NCBI GenBank assembly: GCA_965206745.1
Contig: OZ242220.1
Span: 608,001 to 672,000 of the forward strand
Direction: 5' to 3'
Length of the DNA: 64,000 nt
Source: Nitrosopumilus sp.
Lineage (GTDB): Archaea; Thermoproteota; Nitrososphaeria; Nitrososphaerales; Nitrosopumilaceae
Shown: piece by piece, positions 57,113 to 64,000 of the stretch
How the letters are laid out: every line of letters starts with the position of its first letter
Position numbering within the stretch: the stretch's first letter is position 1
Position numbers and translations under genes: made by a program
Notes under the pieces: generated by a model
Database searches by the model: none
Told to the model about the DNA's origin: nothing
Seen by the model: the letters and a program-made list of their open reading frames with translations, nothing else

Positions 57113-57307
57113 CTACTCTTCCCTTTGTCCCCATTCATGATGGCAGTTGTTGCACATCCATTTTGGATCATGATCCGTTACTAGACATCCTCCTAAAATG
57201 ATCTCTCTTCTTTCTATCTGCTCTTCTATCTCTTTATCAAACCCTCTGTAGCCCCAAATAATTTCTGCAATCCATTCTTTGTTGCAGTTTGGACAATTCA
57301 TTGTCAT
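57113..57307 (-). CDS. Small Cys-rich putative Zn-binding protein
   Basis: CPNC...IIWG...LGGC...WMCNNC (track start 57355). Confidence 0.7.
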   Translation of the reverse strand: MTMNCPNCNKEWIAEIIWGYRGFDKEIEEQIERREIILGGCLVTDHDPKWMCNNCHHEWGQREE

Positions 57308-57468
57308 CTCTCCCTTAACCTGTTCATCTCGTTTCCGTCTTCTGTTGCCTTCCATTTGAAAGTCTCAAACGTTTTTCTGTGATATTCTAGACGAGTTTGT
57401 GCCCTTTGCACCTCTTCTCCTTGATCTTCTTTTGCAAGAGACAAGGGAAGGGGATGTGCTGATTTCAT
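57304..57468 (-). CDS. 54-aa hypothetical microprotein
   Basis: Hand translation MKSAHPLPLSLAKEDQGEEVQRAQ...NRLRER; ATGA overlap with the next gene. Confidence 0.45.
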   Translation of the reverse strand: MKSAHPLPLSLAKEDQGEEVQRAQTRLEYHRKTFETFKWKATEDGNEMNRLRER

Positions 57469-57588
57469 CTAGTTTTCTCCGTAGAACATTGGCTGCTCGT
57501 CTCGCTCATCTTCGAACTCTCGAATTATTCTAGGATAAAAAGAAGGCCTAGAATCTGATTCGTTTTTTTGAATGGTGTTTTGTTTCAT
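57469..57588 (-). CDS. 39-aa hypothetical microprotein
   Basis: Hand translation MKQNTIQKNESDSRPSFYPRIIREFEDERDEQPMFYGEN; TAG-ATG junction with the next ORF. Confidence 0.4.
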   Translation of the reverse strand: MKQNTIQKNESDSRPSFYPRIIREFEDERDEQPMFYGEN

Positions 57589-57620
57589 ATATTGACTCAG
57601 TTTCTTAGATTATTATGATC

Positions 57621-57653
57621 CATGTCAATAGTATGCATACTTTACATACTAAT
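57621..57653 (+). promoter_or_regulatory. 33-bp operator-like element, copy A
   Basis: catgtcaatagtatgcatactttacatactaat; 30/33 identical to the reverse complement of 58984-59016. Confidence 0.75.
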
Positions 57654-57698
57654 AATTATGATGATACAATAAAATATGAACGCATTCTAAATTATCAC

Positions 57699-58247
57699 GT
57701 GGCAAATTATTATCTGGATATTGAGACTGACGGCCTTGATGAGGTCCAAAACAGGATAATTTCTATCCAATACGCAGAACTTGAGCGTGGAACCGGCAGG
57801 CAGTTAGGCGAATTAACCATCCTCAAAGAATGGGAACTGGGGGAAAAAGAGATGCTTCGACGATTCATTGAAGAATCCTCGATCACTAACAGTTACTCAT
57901 TTGATTTCGTTCCGGTTGGATACAATTTAGAATTTGAGCACAAATTCCTACTTGAAAAATCTTCAAAGTATGATCTGGCTCCAATCTCCATTACGTCTAG
58001 ACCTTGCATTGATTTGAAAAGTATTGGAATCTTGATGAACAAGGGAGAATTTAAGGGTTCAGGACTTGACAAGCTAACTGGCAAGTCTCACAGCGGAATG
58101 CCAATCATTCATTGGTATGATGTAAAAAAATACGATGAGATTGAAAATTATATCCGACAGGAAACTGAGGAATTTATAAAATGGTATGTTTGGTTACATC
58201 AGGAACTACCTGAGTTGAGAACAAAATGGCAAACTGAGTCAAATTAG
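57699..58247 (+). CDS. DEDD/RNase H-like 3'-5' exonuclease-domain protein
   Basis: ExoI YLDIET, ExoII-like GYNLEFE, IDL, ExoIII-like YIRQE; GTG start (track start 57615). Confidence 0.75.
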   Translation: MANYYLDIETDGLDEVQNRIISIQYAELERGTGRQLGELTILKEWELGEKEMLRRFIEESSITNSYSFDFVPVGYNLEFEHKFLLEKSSKYDLAPISITSRPCIDLKSIGILMNKGEFKGSGLDKLTGKSHSGMPIIHWYDVKKYDEIENYIRQETEEFIKWYVWLHQELPELRTKWQTESN

Positions 58248-58985
58248 AAATTCTGCAGCGTTCTGCCCCTCCTCTGTGATTTTTATCCAGCGGTTTCTTC
58301 CAATCTTTTCAATCTCGATGAATTTCCAATCTTTTTCTAACGGCGCTATGATGTTTTTGTCAAGACTTGCAAATCTTGCCTGTGAGTGATTCCTCTCCTC
58401 TGAGTTTATTGTGATGATTCCCTGCTCCTCTGCAATTTTTGCCATTTCTTTTTTTGTTATCTTTTGATCCTTCTGCTCTGAGATGATTTTCAGTGCTGCA
58501 AGCAGTTTCGGCTTTGGAGTTTGAATCTCGTATGTTGGAAGTGCAATGGTGTCTCTGACCCCAAATGACTGCTGTTTTCCTTCAAACGCCGCATATTTTT
58601 CAGGCTGTGCATAAAATGGTTTTAGATTGTCACAGTTTTTTAAAACCATGCATGCCATCATGCATGCAATTGCTTGAATTTTAGAGCCTGATGCAACATT
58701 GACATAGATGTAGTTGTTTTTCTCATCCTCAATGATGTCCTTGATTGATTTTATCACTTTGAATATGCTCAGTCTGTCCGAATATGCGATCTTTATCTCC
58801 ACCCCTATCTTTTTGCATTCTTTTTTTATTTTCTCCATATACGGTGTGGATAGATCACTTGAGCGATTATCATGAACCAGTAACCACAATTTGTCAGCCT
58901 TTGTCTGCTTGAGAGGGATGGTGATCCTGTCTACTTCAAAGCCCAAGGGGGCAATGTGTACTCGAAATGTGGCCAAATTAGTCAT
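58239..58985 (-). CDS. CARF-like + winged-helix transcriptional regulator (DUF6293/HFX_2341-like)
   Basis: VHIAPLGFEVDRI, YVNVASGSKIQAIA, C-terminal IIAPLEKDWKFIEIEKIGRNRWIKITEEG. Confidence 0.78.
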   Translation of the reverse strand: MTNLATFRVHIAPLGFEVDRITIPLKQTKADKLWLLVHDNRSSDLSTPYMEKIKKECKKIGVEIKIAYSDRLSIFKVIKSIKDIIEDEKNNYIYVNVASGSKIQAIACMMACMVLKNCDNLKPFYAQPEKYAAFEGKQQSFGVRDTIALPTYEIQTPKPKLLAALKIISEQKDQKITKKEMAKIAEEQGIITINSEERNHSQARFASLDKNIIAPLEKDWKFIEIEKIGRNRWIKITEEGQNAAEFLI

Positions 58986-59016
58986 TAGTATCTATAGTAT
59001 GCATACTATTGTCATG
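58984..59016 (-). promoter_or_regulatory. 33-bp operator-like element, copy B, with 16-bp palindrome ATAGTATGCATACTAT
   Basis: Lies between the regulator's TATA-like box and its ATG, in the divergent regulator/PIN intergenic region. Confidence 0.75.
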
Positions 59017-59048
59017 TTATATAATAATTTTCAAGTCTAGGATATACT

Positions 59049-59468
59049 ATGACTCAAATCCAAAACATAGCCCTTGACTCCTGCGTCGTAATTGACATCA
59101 TGGAGAAACAAAAAGTTGCCTTGAGACTCAAAGCCTGTCTCCGAGGCAAATCCGTCAAAATCATTCTCTGTGATGTGGTATTAGATGAAGTAAGGAAGGT
59201 TCGCGGTTACTTGCCTGAAAAGGTGATCGCTAGAATCTCCATTCTTTTAGGACGAAAAATAGAACTCTTTGAAGCTAGCGACTCTGATGCTGCATCTGCT
59301 AAAGCAATAACTGCGCAATTTCAAATTTGTCACAACGGTGACAACAAAATCCTGAGTCTGTGTCAGGCAAAAGACTTTGTCCTAGTGACATTTGATAGGA
59401 TGCTTCTCAAGTCAAGTCAGTTCGTTGGCATTGCAGCATTTCATCCTTCAATGGCGGGAGGAATCTAA
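59049..59468 (+). CDS. PIN-domain protein
   Basis: ALDSCVVID, VLDEV, GDNKIL, LVTFDR acidic tetrad. Confidence 0.82.
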   Translation: MTQIQNIALDSCVVIDIMEKQKVALRLKACLRGKSVKIILCDVVLDEVRKVRGYLPEKVIARISILLGRKIELFEASDSDAASAKAITAQFQICHNGDNKILSLCQAKDFVLVTFDRMLLKSSQFVGIAAFHPSMAGGI

Positions 59469-59570
59469 ATGAACAACTGCACAAAATGTAAAAATCTGTC
59501 TGTAATTGCAGCAAATTGGTCATGCTGTAAAAATATCCTGGATTTGGGGTTTAGGGGGTTTTTATCATAA
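59469..59570 (+). CDS. 33-aa Cys-rich microprotein
   Basis: Hand translation MNNCTKCKNLSVIAANWSCCKNILDLGFRGFLS; abuts the PIN stop and overlaps the next ATG (TAATG). Confidence 0.5.
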   Translation: MNNCTKCKNLSVIAANWSCCKNILDLGFRGFLS

Positions 59571-59878
59571 TGAAAAATACAGAAAAATCATCTGATTCTC
59601 ACAAAAAGAGCATGTCAGAGGCTTTTGTCAATTCCTTTGGCAGCTATCCTATTGGATACGGCTTGGGAGTGGTGATTCTGCCCCTGTCTGTGGGATGGAT
59701 TCAGGAAGACCCATTCACTGCAAACATTGCAATCACTGCCGTCTATGCTACAGTCTCCTTTGGCAGGAGTTATTTTTATCGAAGAGTGTTTGAGAGGTTT
59801 GGAATTGATGATAATTTCATTCGATTAGGCATCAAAGGACTCTTGAAATTAAAACGCGCGTTGATTTGGAGACGGTAA
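59570..59878 (+). CDS. Small two-TM membrane protein (DUF7220-like)
   Basis: SMSEAFVN...GY and SFGRSYFYRRVF pattern. Confidence 0.6.
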   Translation: MKNTEKSSDSHKKSMSEAFVNSFGSYPIGYGLGVVILPLSVGWIQEDPFTANIAITAVYATVSFGRSYFYRRVFERFGIDDNFIRLGIKGLLKLKRALIWRR

Positions 59879-59941
59879 AGTTGGATAAAGCTCATAATTT
59901 TATAAATGTCCATTCTTTGAATTTGTTTAGTAGGTGCTTAA

Positions 59942-62900
59942 ATGTCTGATAATTTAACTGATGGACTTTACGCAAAATTAAATGATTACAAGGACAAGCT
60001 GCTCCGATTAGGCAAATCAAATCGCTGTATCTGCCTTAGCAGAATATACAACAAGCATAACTTTGATTTGTCACGATTATTGGAAAACCATTCAAAAAAT
60101 ATTGATGACTTGATTGAGCAATCATTTAAACGAAAAAAATCTGTTTGTATTTTACCTGATTCTGATTCTTCAGAGGAAGCCGATGTTATGAGAAGGCATC
60201 TGAAAGATTTAGCAAGGAATACCAAGCAGCTCGAAGATGAAACTGGTTCCCAATACTGTTATTTTGGATTCCCTTTTTTAGAAGGACATATTGATCAAGA
60301 ACATTACCTACGTGGTCCCCTGGTCTTGTTTCCGATTTCAATCTATTCTGGAAGAGAAAGAAACACCGGTGGCTGGTTTGTAAAATTTACTGATGCCTCC
60401 CCCATTTTTAATCACACACTCTTTGCAGCCCTTAAAAAAATAGGCGGGTATCAAATAGATGATGATCTTGAATCTGATTTTGAGGACATGCTGTCTTCAT
60501 TTGTGTCTGTAAACAATCAAGACACCCAAAATGATTTTATCCAAAATCTATCCAAATTTCTAGTTGCCAATGGACTCCCATTGAATTCCCAAAATGCAGG
60601 AACTCTAAATGACAAATCAAATTCCACATTGCCGTTGAAAAATATCACCAAGGATGAGATTGACGCACTAGAGGCGAGGCCTCTGGGAATTTCTAACTAT
60701 AAAATAATCGGCAGTTTTCCACAAGGAGAGAGTGCAATTTATCATGACTATGAAAATCTAATTTCAAAGATTCAAGATGGCGACAAAAATGATTTCATTG
60801 CAGATCTCTTGGGTGAGGCTGGTTCCCCTGTGGACTTTGCAGAGGATGTCGATGATGAAAATATTGAGAATCTTGACAAAGTTCGTGACATGGATTTGAA
60901 TTTGATTTTACCTAGTGATTCCTCACAGGATCGAGTGGTTTTATCTTCCCAAAACCAAAAAATCACCCTTGTAAGAGGACCTCCAGGCACAGGAAAATCC
61001 CAAGTTATAGTTAATGTAATCTCAAATGCACTCTCCAAGGGACAGACAGTTCTCGTTGTATGTCAAAAAAGAGCGGCATTGGAGGTTGTTCACCAGAGAC
61101 TTGGTGAGAAGGGCCTTGATAGATATGCCGTTTTGTTAAACAAAGAGAAAGAAGACCGTGCACACATGTACAGTCAATTAAAACAGATTCTGGAATCCCC
61201 AAATCCTATCGATGATGATAAAAAAGAGATTCTTGAAACCATATCAAACGAGATTGATGACTTGATAAAAAAACACTCTGAAATTTCTTTTGCCTTGTCT
61301 AAAAAGTATTTTGGCGGAATCACGATTCGTGATCTTTACACGAAGGCTCTTTCAGACTATTCTAAAAAACTGGATCTGGGTGGAATTGGAATTCAGTATC
61401 CTGAATTAGATAATTTCCTTTTTATTCTATCACAAGTTGAAGAAAATTACAAAGAATTTGAAAGAGATGATTATTCATGGAAAAATCGCAAAAATTTCCC
61501 TGAATTAAACTCATCTGATAAAAACAAGATCAAAGACATTCTCGAAGACATTTTATCAAAATCTAAAAACTGCATTATTCTTTCTGACAAACAGGACCAG
61601 AATACCTTGATCGATCTTGCCACTGCATTCTCTGAATCAAATTCAACAATTACTGAGTTGAATCAAAAAATTAATCTGCATACCGAATCTATACAAAAAC
61701 TCTCTGCTGCTCATAATGTCTCTGTTCCTCTTACAAATCTAGATGACTTGATCAAATGTGTTGATGCAGGATTGCTTCTTTGGAATAAATTCCAAAATTA
61801 TGATCAAATTATACAGGTTAAAGAAAATCATCTTGTTGAGGATTCTAAAGATCAACATGTGGATTTACTTGGAACCTTTTCAAATTCTCAAGTAAAGCAA
61901 TCTTTTTGGAAAAAACTTACCGATTCAGAAACAAAACGCAAGGCAAAACTGCAAAAAGATTTTCTGCAAAGACCTGAAAACATGGGTAAAAATCCTGATG
62001 ATCTCAAAAATATGCTGCAAAATGGGCTTGATCTGTGGAATTTGGTCACAAATCACGCTCAAAAACCACATATCTTTGAAAAATCATTTGTCCTCCCAAA
62101 CGACTCTGATCAGAGTCGTTTGCTGCACGCTCTCCAAAATCTAAATGCTGATTCCCTATCATTAAAAGAAAACTCTGATAAATTACAATCTACCCTTGAA
62201 TCATTAAGGGCAATATTTGAGAAAAATGATCTATCTTTTGACAAATCATCTCCGCTTCTTACTCCGGTTCAAAATGGGGGCGACATTATTGATCAAATTG
62301 ACTCATTTTCAAATTTTGTAAATAACGATGAAATTAAAATCATTCGTGAAAAATTATCAAATACTGACGAGTTATCATCTCATATTCAGAACTTGCTTGA
62401 TCATCTAAATGATTTTGACAGATTACAGTCACATGACATTAGAAAATCTGATTTGAATTCAATGCAACAAAATGTCTTGAATCAGTGTGTCGCAAAAATT
62501 GGACTGGAAGAAAATTGGAAGGAACTCGTCAAACAGGAAATATATCATTACTGGATTGAAGAAATAGAAAAAGATCGACCAATTCTAAAAGCTGGACATT
62601 TTGATGATTACAAGCAAAATCAAATCAGACTGTCTGAGTTGCTAGAAAAAAAATTCGATCTGCTTGTGAGAAAAATAATCAACTCTATTGAAGCAAGTGC
62701 TGACTTTCGTCCTGGAATGGGCAACAAAAGAACTCAAAGAGAGGCAGACTACAATGCCTTAAACCATGAATTAAGTAAAAAAAGAAAAGTCAAATCAGTC
62801 AGAAAACTCTTGGAAGAATATGAGCATATTTTATTTGATATTGCGCCATGTTGGCTTGCATCCCCTGAAATGATCTCAAATATCTTTCCATTAGAGCAAA

Positions 62901-64000
62901 ATCTGTTTGATCTAGTAATTGTTGATGAAGCAAGCCAACTTGCAGCAGAAAGGGCATTGCCATTTCTCTACAGAGGTGAGAGGATTGTTATTGCAGGTGA
63001 TGAAAAACAGCTAAAACCTCACGATTTATTCCAAATCAAGGAAGAAGACAGTGAAGATGAGGAAGACGACACAGTCAATATTGAAAGTCTGCTCCTTTTG
63101 GCAAAGAGACGCCACCATTCAACAACGCTGAGGTGGCACTATCGGTCACAATGGCAACAACTAATTGATTTTTCAAATCATGCGTTTTATAATGGCGTTC
63201 TGCAGGTTTCCCCTAACGTTGATCTAAAGACATCCGAGCCCCCGATTCAATGGATAGACTGTCCTGAGGGATTGTGGGAAAACAGATCAAATGTCGCAGA
63301 AGCTGCCAAAGTCGTTGATACTCTGTATGGTATTTTGCAAGATTTCCAAGGCCGTAAAATTCCAACCATCGGTATCATCACATTCAATGATCAGCAAAGA
63401 AATGTCATTATGGATGAAATCGAAAATAGACAGAAAAAGGATCCTGCTTTTGATGAATTATACAAGAAAATTGAAACCCCTGCTAGTGGAAAAAAAGACC
63501 ATGAGATTTTTGTAAGAAATATTGAAAATGTCCAAGGTGATGAACGAGACATCATAATTTTCTCAGTGGGTTATGCAAAAGATCCTGAAGGGAAATTCCG
63601 TCTACAGTTTGGTACTTTGAATCAGGATGGGGGTGAAAACAGACTAAATGTCGCAATAACCCGTGCCAGCCAAAAAATAATTGTTGTATGCTCAATTGAT
63701 CCTCGTGATATGAAGGTGGAGGGAACAAAGAATCTCGGACCAAAACGCCTGAAGGACTTTTTAGATTATGCAAATGCTGTCAGTAACAATGATGTTGAAA
63801 AAATAAAGCAAATCTTGGAATCTCTAAGCTCTGCAATGAACAAAACACAGCAACAAACAAAACAATTTGATAGTGAATTTGAAGAATTGGTCCATGATGA
63901 GCTTGAGAAGATAGGCTATGCTGTGGACACTCAGGTGGGACAATCTGGATATAGGATTGATTTGGCAGTGGTTCACCCAAAAGATCCATCAAAATACATT
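59942..64000 (+). CDS. DUF4011 + SF1 (Upf1/DNA2-like) helicase + Vsr/REase-like nuclease, Hhe-like; 3'-truncated and not in ORF track
   Basis: Motifs read in one frame from ATG 59942 to the window end: KLLRLGKSNR, GPLVLFPI, GPPGTGKS (60977), VDEASQ, GDEKQL, HYRS, ENVQGDERD, RLNVAITRA, FDSEFEE...TQVGQSGYRIDL. Confidence 0.88.
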   Translation, partial: MSDNLTDGLYAKLNDYKDKLLRLGKSNRCICLSRIYNKHNFDLSRLLENHSKNIDDLIEQSFKRKKSVCILPDSDSSEEADVMRRHLKDLARNTKQLEDETGSQYCYFGFPFLEGHIDQEHYLRGPLVLFPISIYSGRERNTGGWFVKFTDASPIFNHTLFAALKKIGGYQIDDDLESDFEDMLSSFVSVNNQDTQNDFIQNLSKFLVANGLPLNSQNAGTLNDKSNSTLPLKNITKDEIDALEARPLGISNYKIIGSFPQGESAIYHDYENLISKIQDGDKNDFIADLLGEAGSPVDFAEDVDDENIENLDKVRDMDLNLILPSDSSQDRVVLSSQNQKITLVRGPPGTGKSQVIVNVISNALSKGQTVLVVCQKRAALEVVHQRLGEKGLDRYAVLLNKEKEDRAHMYSQLKQILESPNPIDDDKKEILETISNEIDDLIKKHSEISFALSKKYFGGITIRDLYTKALSDYSKKLDLGGIGIQYPELDNFLFILSQVEENYKEFERDDYSWKNRKNFPELNSSDKNKIKDILEDILSKSKNCIILSDKQDQNTLIDLATAFSESNSTITELNQKINLHTESIQKLSAAHNVSVPLTNLDDLIKCVDAGLLLWNKFQNYDQIIQVKENHLVEDSKDQHVDLLGTFSNSQVKQSFWKKLTDSETKRKAKLQKDFLQRPENMGKNPDDLKNMLQNGLDLWNLVTNHAQKPHIFEKSFVLPNDSDQSRLLHALQNLNADSLSLKENSDKLQSTLESLRAIFEKNDLSFDKSSPLLTPVQNGGDIIDQIDSFSNFVNNDEIKIIREKLSNTDELSSHIQNLLDHLNDFDRLQSHDIRKSDLNSMQQNVLNQCVAKIGLEENWKELVKQEIYHYWIEEIEKDRPILKAGHFDDYKQNQIRLSELLEKKFDLLVRKIINSIEASADFRPGMGNKRTQREADYNALNHELSKKRKVKSVRKLLEEYEHILFDIAPCWLASPEMISNIFPLEQNLFDLVIVDEASQLAAERALPFLYRGERIVIAGDEKQLKPHDLFQIKEEDSEDEEDDTVNIESLLLLAKRRHHSTTLRWHYRSQWQQLIDFSNHAFYNGVLQVSPNVDLKTSEPPIQWIDCPEGLWENRSNVAEAAKVVDTLYGILQDFQGRKIPTIGIITFNDQQRNVIMDEIENRQKKDPAFDELYKKIETPASGKKDHEIFVRNIENVQGDERDIIIFSVGYAKDPEGKFRLQFGTLNQDGGENRLNVAITRASQKIIVVCSIDPRDMKVEGTKNLGPKRLKDFLDYANAVSNNDVEKIKQILESLSSAMNKTQQQTKQFDSEFEELVHDELEKIGYAVDTQVGQSGYRIDLAVVHPKDPSKYI

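Noticed and set aside
59986-63992. Short ORFs listed in the last 4 kb
   Set aside because: Shadows of the long helicase gene, which the track omitted because it has no stop within the window

Overview
AT-rich archaeal chromosome segment, most consistent with an ammonia-oxidising Nitrosopumilus-like thaumarchaeon. Supporting genes are the 3HP/4HB-cycle CoA ligase and hydratase pair, archaeal DnaG, CTP-dependent RibK, Dph5, the LysW-dependent Lys/Arg pathway, split MetH, L39e/L31e/L15e, divergent FtsZ and archaeal NirK. Three accessory regions interrupt the core. (1) A ~16.7 kb block splits the Lys/Arg cluster (10.2-26.9 kb). It carries a ~3960-aa secreted Ig/cadherin-like protein with ten near-identical 588-bp repeats and an AT-rich ABC-ATPase + TOPRIM-like gene pair. 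(2) A small FkbM/RHH islet lies at 49.8-51.5 kb. (3) A putative defence island runs from ~57.1 kb to the window end. It encodes a CARF-like/wHTH regulator, a DEDD exonuclease, a PIN protein, micro-ORFs and an Hhe-like DUF4011-SF1 helicase-endonuclease, and it contains a 33-bp operator-like sequence duplicated in inverted orientation. A ~400-nt, densely base-paired intergenic segment before rpl15e looks like an unannotated large structured RNA. Several genes missing from the ORF track were read by hand. All family assignments come from motifs recognised by eye; no database search was run.
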